Origin: Desulfuromonadales bacterium | Lineage (GTDB): Bacteria > Desulfobacterota > Desulfuromonadia > Desulfuromonadales > SZUA-540 | Assembly: GCA_033549025.1 (NCBI GenBank) | Contig: JAWSUS010000004.1 | Coordinates: 32,001 to 96,000, forward strand | Length of the DNA: 64,000 nt | Reading direction: 5' to 3' | Shown: positions 11,966 through 21,696 of the stretch, piece after piece | Layout: the number at the start of each line of letters is the position of its first letter | Numbering within the stretch: position 1 is the stretch's first letter | Program-made: the position numbers and the translations under genes | Notes under the pieces: model-generated | Told to the model about the DNA's origin: nothing | Seen by the model: only the letters and a program-made list of their open reading frames with translations | The model's database searches: none

Positions 11966-12535
11966 TCAGCGATCCTTGATCAGCGCCGAAACCGCCTTGA
12001 ATTCAGCGGTGCCCGCTTTTTGCAGCAGTTGGAAAAGCGCCATTTCCGTGGTCGTCACTGTGGCCCCGGCCAACCGGGCGCTGTCGAGGGCGGTGAGGAA
12101 ATCCGTCTTGTTTCGGGAGCAGATAGCGTCCCGGACCAGATGCACCTGATAACCCCGGCCCTGCAGATCGAGCAGGGTCTGAAAGACGCAGACATGCGCT
12201 TCCATGCCGACCAGCAGGATCTGGCGCGCCTTTTTTTCTTCCAGTGCGTCAAGAAAACTCTCTTCGCCGCAGCAGCTGAAACTGTTTTTCTCGATGATCG
12301 GGCCTTGAGCGTAGGAGGCGAGTTCCGGCACAGTGCCGCCCAGCCCTTTCGGATACTGCTCGGTGGCCAGGACGGGCAGGCCGATGATGCCGGCGGCCTC
12401 GGCGATGGCACGGATGTTGGTGATCACCTGCTGGCGGATGCGCTCATCCATGGCCGGCACCAGCCGCTCCTGCACATCGACAATGACCAGAACCGTACCG
12501 TCTTTTTTCAGCCAGAGTTTCTTGATCATATCCAT
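11966..12535 (-). CDS. Isochorismatase-family cysteine hydrolase
   Basis: VIVDVQERL, TEQYPKGLG, KNSFSC and GMEAHVCVFQT motifs. Start moved to ATG 12535, which follows an AGGAGG RBS. Confidence 0.9.
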   Translation of the reverse strand: MDMIKKLWLKKDGTVLVIVDVQERLVPAMDERIRQQVITNIRAIAEAAGIIGLPVLATEQYPKGLGGTVPELASYAQGPIIEKNSFSCCGEESFLDALEEKKARQILLVGMEAHVCVFQTLLDLQGRGYQVHLVRDAICSRNKTDFLTALDSARLAGATVTTTEMALFQLLQKAGTAEFKAVSALIKDR

Positions 12536-12536
12536 A

Positions 12537-14381
12537 TCAATCCTCCTTCTCCGCGTCCGTGAGGTTTTCAACAATGCAGAAACCGGCATCGTGGATGCCT
12601 TTATCCTTCGCAATATACATGCCTTCCAGGATTTTGTTAAAGTTTTTTGCCACCACCTTCCGCTTTATCTTGAGCGTAGGGGTGATTTCATCCTCTTCTT
12701 TGCTGAAATCCCGGGAGAGGAGGGTGAAGCGTTTGACCCGCTGAAAAGAGGCCAGATTCTCCTGCAGCCGATCGATGCGTCGGCGGATGAGGTTAAGGAC
12801 CTTCGGATGGTTGACCAAGTCGCAGGGGGTCAGAAAGTCGATATTCTTGTAGCGGGCGTATTTCTCCAGATTTTCGAAATTGGGCACCAGCAGGGCGGTG
12901 AGGTAGGGCTTGCGGTCTCCGTAAACCATGGCATTGGAGAGGTATTTGTCCGTCTTGAACAGGCCTTCGAGCATCTGGGGGGCGACATTCTCGCCGCCGG
13001 CCGTCACCAGCAGGTCCTTCTTGCGGTCGGTGATGGCAAGAAAGCCGTCCGCATCGAGTTGGCCGATATCGCCGGTTTTGAACCAACCGTCGGTGAAAGC
13101 CTCCCGGGTCTCCTCGGACAGATTCCAGTAGCCGGAGAAGACGTTGGGGCCGCGTACCAGGATCTCGTCGTCTTCTCCCAGGCGGACCTCGACGTTGTCC
13201 AGGGGGCGTCCCACGGTGCCGAGGCGCAGAGCGTCTGGGTAGTTGCAGGCGATGACGGGAGAGGTCTCCGTCAGGCCGTATCCCTCATAAATAGGGATGC
13301 CGGCGGCCAGGAAGAATTCGGCCACGTTTTCCGTCAGGGGTGCGCCGCCGGAAACAAAAAAGCGCAGTCGCCCCCCCAGGTGTTTCTTGATAGGGGCGAA
13401 CACCACTTTGCGGGCGAGGGCGACGCCGCCGCGCAGCAGGGCGGAAGGGCTTTCGCCGGCCTGCTGCTGACGGACCAGTTTGCGGCCGGAATTCAGGGCG
13501 CTGAAAAACATCTGTTTTTTAAGCCAGGGGCCGGAGACGACGCGGTCCATGACCCGGGCAAACATCTTCTCATACAGGCGGGGGACGCTGATGGCCACGG
13601 TGGGCGCCACCTCCACCAGGTTGGCCGGTACGGAGTCGATCCCTTCGGCGTAGGCGATGACGGCTCCCTGGTAGAGCATGAAATAGTAGCCCGCCATCCG
13701 TTCGAAGACATGGGAGAGGGGGAGAAAGGACAGGCACATGTCCTTGTCACTGATGTCGAAACGCTTGCAGCATTCCTCGATATTGGCGAGAAAGTTGTTG
13801 TGCGTCAGCAGCACGCCCTTGGGTGGGCCGGTGGTGCCCGAGGTGTAGACGATGGTGGCCACCTCGTCGGGTTTTCCTTCCTCCAACCGTTCGTTTAGCT
13901 GACTCTCTGGCACTTTTTCCGCCTCCTGGAGAAAAGAGGCCAGCGAGGTGAAGCGGGGGTGGTCCAGTTCGTCGTCGATGAGGATGATCTTTTCAAGGTG
14001 AGGCACCTCGTCGAGTTTTTCCGCCAGCTCCTCGGCGATATAGAGAGAGTAAAGAAAGAGAACGCGGCTGGAGGAATTCTGCAGGATATAGAGGACGGTG
14101 TCGATTCCCTCCGTATGGTAGACGGGTACGGAAAGGGCGCCGCACGCCATGGCGCCCAGATCGGCGTAGACCCATTCGGGGCAGTTGGGGGCCATGATGG
14201 CCACCCGGTCTTCAGGCTGGACGCCCAGGTTGATGAGGCCGCGGCCGCACAGGCGGGTCTGGCGCGCCAGGGTTTTCCACGAAATCCCCACGTACTGTCC
14301 GTCTTCCTTGCGGCGGAGCGCTTCCTGGTCGCCGCGGCGGGCCGCTTTATCCAGCAGAATCTGGGGCAGTGTTTTGGTCAT
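12537..14381 (-). CDS. Long-chain fatty-acid--CoA ligase (AMP-dependent synthetase)
   Basis: YTSGTTGPPKG, FLPLSHVFER, YEGYGLTE, GWFKTGDIG and ITPTLKIKR motifs. Confidence 0.92.
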   Translation of the reverse strand: MTKTLPQILLDKAARRGDQEALRRKEDGQYVGISWKTLARQTRLCGRGLINLGVQPEDRVAIMAPNCPEWVYADLGAMACGALSVPVYHTEGIDTVLYILQNSSSRVLFLYSLYIAEELAEKLDEVPHLEKIILIDDELDHPRFTSLASFLQEAEKVPESQLNERLEEGKPDEVATIVYTSGTTGPPKGVLLTHNNFLANIEECCKRFDISDKDMCLSFLPLSHVFERMAGYYFMLYQGAVIAYAEGIDSVPANLVEVAPTVAISVPRLYEKMFARVMDRVVSGPWLKKQMFFSALNSGRKLVRQQQAGESPSALLRGGVALARKVVFAPIKKHLGGRLRFFVSGGAPLTENVAEFFLAAGIPIYEGYGLTETSPVIACNYPDALRLGTVGRPLDNVEVRLGEDDEILVRGPNVFSGYWNLSEETREAFTDGWFKTGDIGQLDADGFLAITDRKKDLLVTAGGENVAPQMLEGLFKTDKYLSNAMVYGDRKPYLTALLVPNFENLEKYARYKNIDFLTPCDLVNHPKVLNLIRRRIDRLQENLASFQRVKRFTLLSRDFSKEEDEITPTLKIKRKVVAKNFNKILEGMYIAKDKGIHDAGFCIVENLTDAEKED

Positions 14382-14491
14382 GGGATACCTCCTGTCGCCT
14401 GGGGTGGGGGTGTTGCCTTGCGGGGAAGCGTTGGAATTGACAACGCCCCGGGATTGTGAAAGTTTATATCGCCAGAACCGGAAAGGACAAG

Positions 14492-15127
14492 ATGATGGTT
14501 GTCGGAGTGACGGGCGGAATCGCCACGGGAAAAAGCGCTGTCGTCGAGCAGTTTCGCCAACTGGGGGCAGCGGTCATCAGCGCGGACGAGCTGGCGCGGG
14601 AAATCGTGCGGCCGGGGGAGGAAGCCCTGGTGCGTCTGGTGGCGCGATTTGGTCAGGACATTTTGCAGGCGGACGGAACCCTGGATCGCAAGGCCTTGGC
14701 AGAGATCATCTTTGCCGACCCGGCGGCGCGCCAGGATTTGAATCGGATCACCCATCCGGCCATTGCCCGGCTGGCGGCGGACCGCATCGCCTCTCTGCAG
14801 CGTCAGGGGGAGACGCTGGTGATCTACGAGGCCCCGCTGCTTTTCGAGGCGGGTGCCGAAAGCCGCGTGGACCGCATCGTCGTGGTGACGGCCCCTGCCG
14901 CGGTGCAGCGCCGCCGTCTGATGGCCAGGGACGGTCTGGATGACCAGGCGGCACAAGCCCGGATCGCGGCGCAGATGCCCCTGGCGGACAAGGTGCGCAG
15001 GGCTGATTTCGTCGTGGAGAACGCTGGCTCCATCGACGACCTGGCCGCCCAGGTCAGGGAGCTCTATGGCCGTCTGCTGAGACTGGCGCGGAATCTTCCT
15101 GACGCCCCGCCAGAAACTGCAGGCTGA
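14492..15127 (+). CDS. coaE: Dephospho-CoA kinase
   Basis: VGVTGGIATGKS, LDRKALA, ITHPAI, PLLFE and AQMPL motifs. Start taken at ATG 14492 after GAAAGGA. Confidence 0.95.
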   Translation: MMVVGVTGGIATGKSAVVEQFRQLGAAVISADELAREIVRPGEEALVRLVARFGQDILQADGTLDRKALAEIIFADPAARQDLNRITHPAIARLAADRIASLQRQGETLVIYEAPLLFEAGAESRVDRIVVVTAPAAVQRRRLMARDGLDDQAAQARIAAQMPLADKVRRADFVVENAGSIDDLAAQVRELYGRLLRLARNLPDAPPETAG

Positions 15128-15866
15128 GGGCCAGGACCGACCGCCATCTCGGGTTCTCTTCCGTACACAGTACATGGGGAACCTCCGGTCCGTACAGGTG
15201 ATACTCTTTGTGACGGCTGCCCAGGAACGTAAAGAGGGCCTGCCCGCTCTCAACCCGGATGGTCTGGTCACCGCTGCCGTTGATCGCCAGGGCCGGGGTG
15301 GAAATCTTCCCGAGCCGGGGGCGCAGGTGGCGGATCAGGCGGTGAATCTGGTGAACGCCATTGAGGGGGCGGCTCTCGTAATAGCGCAAGGCCGCCTCGG
15401 GTGGGAGAGGCCGGTGGTGGTAGGGCTTGATATGCCGGAGCCACCAGGCGCTCCTGGCGAGGCGGTGACGGAGCCGCAGATAGGGGGAGAGCAGGACCAT
15501 CCCTGCTATCTCCACCCGAGCGGCCAGGGCCAGTACCAGCAGGGCCCCGGTGCTCAGCCCCATCCCGAAAATCGTGGTCTCTTCCTTCTTCAATTCCCGG
15601 TAGCCCTCTTCGACAGCTTCCAGCCAGTCCTCGTAGCGTTTGGTCGCCAGGTCCTGAGGTGAGGTGCCATGGCCCGGCAGCAGGATCGCCAACACGGTAT
15701 AGCCCTGGTCGCAGAGAGCCTGGCCGAACAGCCTCATTTCCTGCGGGGTGGCGGAAAACCCATGCACCAGAAGCACGCCGGCCCCTCTTGGCGTAGAGGG
15801 CCGCAGCAAAAAGGGGGCCGCATCATCATGGGGCTTCGAATTCCGCCGTGTTGGTCCTGTAGGCAT
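15054..15866 (-). CDS. Alpha/beta-fold hydrolase (carboxylesterase/monoacylglycerol lipase-like)
   Basis: LLVHGFSATP, LPGHGT, GLSTG nucleophile elbow, and downstream Asp/His. Start uncertain. The 3' end overlaps coaE convergently by 74 nt. Confidence 0.85.
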   Translation of the reverse strand: MPTGPTRRNSKPHDDAAPFLLRPSTPRGAGVLLVHGFSATPQEMRLFGQALCDQGYTVLAILLPGHGTSPQDLATKRYEDWLEAVEEGYRELKKEETTIFGMGLSTGALLVLALAARVEIAGMVLLSPYLRLRHRLARSAWWLRHIKPYHHRPLPPEAALRYYESRPLNGVHQIHRLIRHLRPRLGKISTPALAINGSGDQTIRVESGQALFTFLGSRHKEYHLYGPEVPHVLCTEENPRWRSVLALSLQFLAGRQEDSAPVSADGHRAP

Positions 15867-15958
15867 GAAACCCGCCTTTCTCATTGAAATCAAAGGGGAA
15901 AAGCCTCTAATGAAGTGTAGCAGCCGTCCGTTTTCTGTCAATCCAGTGGCCAGAAACA

Positions 15959-15986
15959 CAAAATCCCCCTGAAAAGGGGGATTTTG
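15959..15986 (-). terminator. Intrinsic terminator downstream of the IclR gene
   Basis: Perfect stem CAAAATCCCCCT-gaaa-AGGGGGATTTTG with T-rich ends. Confidence 0.75.
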
Positions 15987-16007
15987 AAGATTCGCAGAAG
16001 CAGGCGC

Positions 16008-16790
16008 CTACTTGTGAAAGCCGAGGCGGGTGGAGAGGTCTTCGCCGGCCTTGAGGACCAGGGGGACCAGCTCCTTCTCGATCCGTTCATCGGGAAAGCG
16101 CATGGATGGTCCTGAGATGCTGACGGCCCCGACGATCCGACGGGTATAGTCACGAATGGGGGCAGCCAGGCAGCGCACGCCGGGATCAAGTTCCTCGTTG
16201 TCGATGGCATAGCCCTGCTCGGCAATCTTTTTCAGGTCCTTTTTGAGCACCTCGCGATCCGTGTAGGTCGTCGGGGTATAGCCCTTGAGTTCGCTGTTGG
16301 GGAGAATGCTGTCGATCTCCTCGTCGGACATGTAGGCCAGGTGAACTTTGCCGGAGGCCGTGCAGTGTGCCGGCAGACGGCTGCCGACCCGGGACACTAC
16401 CCTGACGGTGAGATTCGTTTCAACGACGTCCAGGTAGACGATGTACCCTTCCTTAAAAATGGCGACATAGGCCGTTTCGTTGCAGTCGTTGACGATGTCT
16501 TCCAGGATCGGTTTGGCCTGGCGCAGCAGACCCATCTGCTTGATGAAAGTCTGCCCAAGTTCCAGGGCGTTGAGTCCGAGGCGGTAGTTTTCCGTCGCTT
16601 TGTTCTGCTCGATGTATCCACGGGACTCGAGAGTCGCCAGCAGGCGGAAGACATTGTTTTTGTGAAGCTTCAGCCTCTTGCTGAGTTCGGTGACACCCAG
16701 TTCGTCCACATCCCCGTGGAACTGTTCCAGCAGGTCAAGAGCGTGGGAAACAGCCTGGATTATATATTCTGACTTCTCTTTCTTGGCCAT
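16008..16790 (-). CDS. IclR-family transcriptional regulator
   Basis: HTH GVTELSKRLKLHKNNVFRLLATL, plus PAHCTASGK and GYAIDNEE...GVRCLAAP. Start taken at ATG 16790 after AGAGGA. Confidence 0.93.
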   Translation of the reverse strand: MAKKEKSEYIIQAVSHALDLLEQFHGDVDELGVTELSKRLKLHKNNVFRLLATLESRGYIEQNKATENYRLGLNALELGQTFIKQMGLLRQAKPILEDIVNDCNETAYVAIFKEGYIVYLDVVETNLTVRVVSRVGSRLPAHCTASGKVHLAYMSDEEIDSILPNSELKGYTPTTYTDREVLKKDLKKIAEQGYAIDNEELDPGVRCLAAPIRDYTRRIVGAVSISGPSMRFPDERIEKELVPLVLKAGEDLSTRLGFHK

Positions 16791-16838
16791 GGCGGTTGTG
16801 TCCTCTTTTAATGAAAACTCAAAAAGCAAATTGCGGGG

Positions 16839-16985
16839 ATTCTATCGACCCCGATAAAAAGATGTCAAGATAAACCGGAATGATTTTTCCTGAAGAGTCC
16901 GTTTTTTTGGGTCTTGCGAGGAAAAAGGTTCCTTTGCCGGCCAATCGTTGTCGAAAATAATAGAATGTTGTTTTAGTTAAGTCAA
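16839..16985 (-). promoter_or_regulatory. Two candidate sigma-70 promoters for the IclR gene
   Basis: Minus strand: TTGACT(16985-16980)-17-TATTAT(16962-16957), and TTGACA(16868-16863)-18-TAGAAT(16844-16839). Confidence 0.55.
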
Positions 16986-17036
16986 TATCCCCTTGTTAAT
17001 TGTCTGCTGTCGAATCAGGGAGGGGTGGCCTTCCTG

Positions 17037-17065
17037 TTGACAGTCGGTAGCCATTCGGCTAGATT
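17037..17065 (+). promoter_or_regulatory. Candidate sigma-70 promoter for the USP gene
   Basis: TTGACA-17 nt-TAGATT, about 20 nt upstream of the start. Confidence 0.65.
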
Positions 17066-17086
17066 TGACAGGCCCTTGACGCGGAG

Positions 17087-17545
17087 GTGGCCATGTTGAA
17101 TCTCAGTAAAAAAATACTCGTCGCCATTGATGGCTCACCTCAATCGGACAAGGCGGCCGAAGAGGCGGTACGTCTGGCTATGGCTTCAGGCTCACGATTT
17201 AAGAGCAAAGTATATGCCATTCTGGCGCTTCCCGGCATGCGAAACCCCTCCTTCACCGATTTTTTCCCTTCTTTGCCCGCGACAGAGCGTCCTGACTGGG
17301 AAGAAAAACGCCAACGCATCTTTTACGTGGTGGAAAAAGCGGCGGCCGAGGCGGATATCCCGTTGACGAGTGAGGTCGTTTACGGTGATGCCGCTGAGGA
17401 GATTCTGTCATATGCCGATCAGCAGGAAGTCGATGTCATCGTCATCGGCTCCTCCGGCTCCGGGCGGGTCAAGCGCACCCTGATGGGCAGCGTCTCCACC
17501 AAAGTCGCCATGCACGCCCGCTGCTCCGTCTATATCGTGCGGTAA
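17087..17545 (+). CDS. Universal stress protein
   Basis: KKILVAIDGS, GDAAEEI and VIGSSG...LMGSVS motifs. Confidence 0.92.
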   Translation: MAMLNLSKKILVAIDGSPQSDKAAEEAVRLAMASGSRFKSKVYAILALPGMRNPSFTDFFPSLPATERPDWEEKRQRIFYVVEKAAAEADIPLTSEVVYGDAAEEILSYADQQEVDVIVIGSSGSGRVKRTLMGSVSTKVAMHARCSVYIVR

Positions 17546-17590
17546 AAAGGACGCCGCGACGAATCTTTTTCGGTGCGCCCCAGCTGCTTC

Positions 17591-18481
17591 CTATCCCAGC
17601 CCATCTTGCCAGTCCCTTTTTTCGTCTTCTTTGCTGCCGGCCGGAGAGCTTTCGCGCCGTCGGTCCGCTAGCGGGCAATAGGACCCGTCTGGTGGGTTGA
17701 AGCGCGTCTCCTTGCACAGATAGTCGAAAATTTCAGCCATACTTTCGCGAATAAGGGATTCCTCCTTGGGAAATTCGTGGGGGGAGAGTTCCAGAGTGAG
17801 CGCGTCGTTGTAGGCGGTCTGTCGCAGGTGGTTCAAAAAGCGGGTCAGGGGGAGGACGCCATGGCCGGGAAGAAGATGCTCGCGGCCATAGCCGTAGTCG
17901 GAAAAATGGATATTGCGCATTTTGCCCGAATCGTAGAAGAGATGAAAATCGTGCAGGAAGTTGGCTTTTGACGAGCCCATGTGGGCGGTGTCGAAGGTCA
18001 GGTAGAGGTTTTTCTCCTGCATGAAGCGGATCATTTTCTCCGTCTGCCCGAGAATGTAGGGGTTGGTTTTAAAGGCGCCGGTGCTGGGCATGTTTTCCAT
18101 GGTGATGATCACCTGATGCTGGCCGACCTCTTCCTGAAAATCCTTGACCTTGTTGAGCCAGCGCCAGAATTTGAGTTCGAGTCCCATCCAGGAGGGGGGA
18201 TGAAAGTTGATCAGGGGGATGCCCGCCTCCATGGCGAGGGTAGTGGTGCGGAACAGCTGGTCGATCTTGTTGCCCCAGCCGTCCAGGTCGAAAAAGGGCG
18301 CATGGAGCGAGGCCACCGGCAGAATCTGCTGCAGATCCCGGATGAGGGCCAGGCTGTCCTGGTACTGGAAGTCATAGCTGATGATCACTTCCATGCCGTC
18401 AAAGCCTGTATCCCGGGCGATTTCAAAAACCTTGGGAAGGGGCAGGGTATAGAGGCTGCCCGCTGAAAGTATAAGCTTCAT
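17591..18481 (-). CDS. Sugar-phosphate isomerase/epimerase family TIM-barrel protein (AP endonuclease 2 fold)
   Basis: GFDGME, SLHAP, ENMP, FDTAH, IHFSD, HLLPGHG and LEL metal-binding pattern. Confidence 0.8.
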   Translation of the reverse strand: MKLILSAGSLYTLPLPKVFEIARDTGFDGMEVIISYDFQYQDSLALIRDLQQILPVASLHAPFFDLDGWGNKIDQLFRTTTLAMEAGIPLINFHPPSWMGLELKFWRWLNKVKDFQEEVGQHQVIITMENMPSTGAFKTNPYILGQTEKMIRFMQEKNLYLTFDTAHMGSSKANFLHDFHLFYDSGKMRNIHFSDYGYGREHLLPGHGVLPLTRFLNHLRQTAYNDALTLELSPHEFPKEESLIRESMAEIFDYLCKETRFNPPDGSYCPLADRRRESSPAGSKEDEKRDWQDGLG

Positions 18482-18544
18482 GGCTGACTCGCAGGATGAT
18501 TAAATTGCCACATGTCTGAAGGCCTCTCTGCAGGCCTTCATGCC

Positions 18545-20068
18545 TCAGGGGGTATGGACCTTCTCCAGAAGGAAACGGCGGATGCGGTCAGGTGGCGGCG
18601 GGGTGAGCAGCGAGACGCCAATCGTCACGAGAATAACCAGCGGAGCCCCGATCAGAGCCGAACCGGTCGGCGGCAGAACAGCGGTCAGCCAGGGCAGCCA
18701 CTGGCCGAAGATCACCGGGGTGAATGTGATGACCAGCCCCAAAAGCATGCCGGCGATGGCCCCCTGTTTGTTGGTGCGATCCCACCAGATACCGAGCAGG
18801 AAGATGGGAAAGAGGGTGTTGCCGGCCAGGGCGAAGGCCACGGCGGTGATTTCGGCAATGAGGCCGGGCGGGTTGGCGGCGACGATCAGAACCAGCATGG
18901 CCAAGACCAGGGTAGTGATCTTGGCGACCATCATGCGTTGGCGTTCGGTGGCCTTGGGGTTGATGAGCTGGTAGTAGATGTCGTAGGAAAAAGCCCCGGC
19001 GCCGGTGATGAGCAGGCCGGTAATGGTGGAAAAGGCGGCGAGGATGGCGGCCAAGGCCACGATGCCGGTGATCCAGACCGGCAGGCCGGCCCACTCGGCC
19101 GCCTTGATGACGATAATGTCGGCGATGGCTTTGGCGGTGGCGGGGTCGGTGACCAAACCATGGCGCAGTTCCCAGAGTTTGGCGAAGGTGGCGTAGGCCG
19201 GCGCGCTCCAGTAGAGCAGACCGATAAAGACCAGCCCCCACATGACGCTCCAGCGGGCGTCGCGGACGTTGGGAACGGTATAGAAGCGGGACAGGACATG
19301 GGGCAGGCCGGCGGTGCCGACCATGAGGGTGAAGCAGAGAGCGATCCACTGATAGGGGGTGCCATGGAGCCAGGGCGCCGTGCCGGCGTTGTCGGCATGA
19401 AAGGCGATCTCCTGCAGGGCCGCTCCGTAACCGACCTGGGGAACCAGCCAGAAAAAACCCATCTTGCGGGCTACCAGCACCAGAGGGAGGATGAAGCAGA
19501 GGATCAGCACCGTGTAGTGAAAGCGCTGGTTGCGCAGGGCGCCGAGGGTGCCGGACAGCACCAGGTAGGAGATGACCACCGCGGTGCCGAAGAGCAGGCT
19601 GGGGGTGTAATCCAGGCCGAAAATCCAGGAGAAGACCAGCCCCACCCCCTTGTACTGGGCCACACAGTAGACCAGGGAGATGAGGATGGCGATGCTGGCC
19701 GAAAGCACCCTCGCAATGGGCGATTCATAGCGGGCTTCGACGAATTCCGGCGCGGTATATTTGCCGAAACGGCGGATCTGGGCGCCCATGAGGATGAGCA
19801 GGAGAACGTAGCCGCCGGTCCAGCCGATAATATAGGCAAAGGCGAAATAGCCCTGCAGGTAGAAGATGCCGGCGATGCCGAGAATGGAGGCGGCGCTCAT
19901 CCAGTTGGAGGCAATGGCGGCCCCGATGCCGACGCGGCCGACGGAGCGGCCGGAGACCAGGTAGTATTCGCCCTTGGCGGTCCGGCTGGCCAGGCCAACG
20001 AAGATGAAGAGGGCCAGAACGGCGAAAAGAAGCAGGGCCGGCGCCAGTTTCAGGTGTTCAGCGAGCAT
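18545..20068 (-). CDS. Sodium:solute symporter, ActP/cation-acetate-permease-like
   Basis: ASNWMSAAS, GWTGGY, RRFGKYT and LMVGTAGLPHVLSRFYTVP motifs; ~13 TM segments. Confidence 0.9.
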   Translation of the reverse strand: MLAEHLKLAPALLLFAVLALFIFVGLASRTAKGEYYLVSGRSVGRVGIGAAIASNWMSAASILGIAGIFYLQGYFAFAYIIGWTGGYVLLLILMGAQIRRFGKYTAPEFVEARYESPIARVLSASIAILISLVYCVAQYKGVGLVFSWIFGLDYTPSLLFGTAVVISYLVLSGTLGALRNQRFHYTVLILCFILPLVLVARKMGFFWLVPQVGYGAALQEIAFHADNAGTAPWLHGTPYQWIALCFTLMVGTAGLPHVLSRFYTVPNVRDARWSVMWGLVFIGLLYWSAPAYATFAKLWELRHGLVTDPATAKAIADIIVIKAAEWAGLPVWITGIVALAAILAAFSTITGLLITGAGAFSYDIYYQLINPKATERQRMMVAKITTLVLAMLVLIVAANPPGLIAEITAVAFALAGNTLFPIFLLGIWWDRTNKQGAIAGMLLGLVITFTPVIFGQWLPWLTAVLPPTGSALIGAPLVILVTIGVSLLTPPPPDRIRRFLLEKVHTP

Positions 20069-20078
20069 GGTGCCTCCT

Positions 20079-20411
20079 TTATTTGCGCTTCCGGTACTCG
20101 TTGGTCAGTTTGTCGACGAAGAGGTTGTAGAGCAGGCAAAGCAGAATGAACCAGAGGATGAGAAACTGGCCGGAAAACCAATAGTGAAAGGGAAAGCCGA
20201 GGAAGCGAGTCGTCGTCAGCTGGCTGCAGCCGGCCGGACCTTCCTGCAGAAGCACGAGAATGAATTGAAAACCGAAGGTAAAAGCGGCCCAGCTGGCCAG
20301 CAGTATCCAAATGTAATGCACCTTCTTGCGCATGAAGCCGGGGAGGGGACGGAAAAAGTTGACCCTGCCCTGGCCGCTGGGGTGTCCTTGTGAACTCGGA
20401 TCCTGTGTCAC
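20079..20411 (-). CDS. DUF4212-type small membrane subunit of the solute symporter
   Basis: Two TM helices and FLGFPFHYWF. Directly upstream of the SSS gene. Start taken at GTG 20411 after AAGGAGG. Confidence 0.8.
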   Translation of the reverse strand: MTQDPSSQGHPSGQGRVNFFRPLPGFMRKKVHYIWILLASWAAFTFGFQFILVLLQEGPAGCSQLTTTRFLGFPFHYWFSGQFLILWFILLCLLYNLFVDKLTNEYRKRK

Positions 20412-20460
20412 CCTGTCCTCCTTTATCGGTTGTGGCCCAAAGGCCGACGACAAGCCTGCT

Positions 20461-21696
20461 TTAATATTCCGTGGGGCGCGCTGAGGTTGTGGCGGGCGGA
20501 TCTTCCTCAGATTTCATGACTTCGGCCAAAACGCTGGTCGCATAACTGCCGCGCGGGAGACTGAAGGACAGCCGCAGATCCTGGTCTTCCAAGCCGACCT
20601 GGTATTCCCCGAGGGGGACGCGCAGGGGGCGTCTTTCCCCCTCCATGCCCAGACCTTCCGACAGCCGGAAGTCCTGCAGGGAGAGCTTTTCCTTGGCCAG
20701 CAGGCCTTCCTCCAGGATGCCGGCCTGTCCCCGGGCCAGGGAGACCTTGTACCCGTAGAGAGGGGCGGAGGGGCTGATTTCCAGGCTGTCGGCGCGCGGC
20801 TGTTCTTTGGCGGGGTCTTCCACGATAAAGCAGGCTCCGTTGTCGTGTTTGCAGGCGTAATCCCCGGCCCAGAGCGTGTCGAGGGTGTCGAGGCGCATAT
20901 CGACCAGGCGATCGAAGAGGCTGGACTGATAGGCCGACAGGTAGAGGCGCAGGCGGTTGCGGGGCATCGTGAACACCGCCTCTCTGACGTCGCCCCCCTT
21001 TAGCAATGCGGTCACCAGGTTGCGCTCGTCGCGGAAGCGCCCTGGCAACGCGGCCAGGGTACCGTTAAGGTCGCCCTGCCCAAAGCGTTCCGCTGCCTCG
21101 CGCCAACGTTCCTGGGTGATGCTCTGCGGATCGCCGATGATCAGCCGGCTGGCCAGTTCGTAGTCCTGCCGCAGCAGGGCGCGGCCGATCAGGTGCGAAT
21201 TGCCCAGCACGCCGTAGCGCTGCTGGCCGAAACGGTTGGGCACGCCGACGGTCTTGAGCACGTGCAGGATGTCTTCGGCCTTTTCCAGCGCGCCCGCTTT
21301 GACCGCGCGGATACGGATCGTGAAACGGTTTCCCGCCAGGTGACCCAGACGCAGTTTGTTGCGGTGCCAGGCGCAGGACAACACCCGAATGCCCGGCAGC
21401 TGCAGGCTCTCGACCTGGGCCGGTGTCACCCTCTGCAGAGACAGGCGCTGCCGGGTGGTGGCTCGGGCATCCTTGAGGCCGGCGTAGCCGATATCGCGGC
21501 TGCGAATCTTCAGCGCACCGGCGACCTTCTGGATCAGATCGAAGGTCGTCAGGCCGGTCTTTTCCACCTCGACGTACAGGTGCTCGCCCTCGCCGCAGGG
21601 AAGATAGAGAGGGATCTCCTCGACCAGAAAGTCCTCGGGACTCTCCTTGATCTGTCCTCCTGTTCCCTCCAGGGAGGCGCTGAGATATCTAGCCAT
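20461..21696 (-). CDS. truD: tRNA pseudouridine(13) synthase
   Basis: PEDFLVEE, GYAGLKDARATTRQ, GHLAGNRF, PNRFGQQRYG and FSLPRGSYAT motifs. Confidence 0.95.
   Translation of the reverse strand: MARYLSASLEGTGGQIKESPEDFLVEEIPLYLPCGEGEHLYVEVEKTGLTTFDLIQKVAGALKIRSRDIGYAGLKDARATTRQRLSLQRVTPAQVESLQLPGIRVLSCAWHRNKLRLGHLAGNRFTIRIRAVKAGALEKAEDILHVLKTVGVPNRFGQQRYGVLGNSHLIGRALLRQDYELASRLIIGDPQSITQERWREAAERFGQGDLNGTLAALPGRFRDERNLVTALLKGGDVREAVFTMPRNRLRLYLSAYQSSLFDRLVDMRLDTLDTLWAGDYACKHDNGACFIVEDPAKEQPRADSLEISPSAPLYGYKVSLARGQAGILEEGLLAKEKLSLQDFRLSEGLGMEGERRPLRVPLGEYQVGLEDQDLRLSFSLPRGSYATSVLAEVMKSEEDPPATTSARPTEY

Noticed and set aside
15054..15127. 74-nt convergent overlap of coaE and the hydrolase gene as antisense regulation
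   Set aside because: It involves only low-complexity C-terminal tails, which is common in high-GC genomes.
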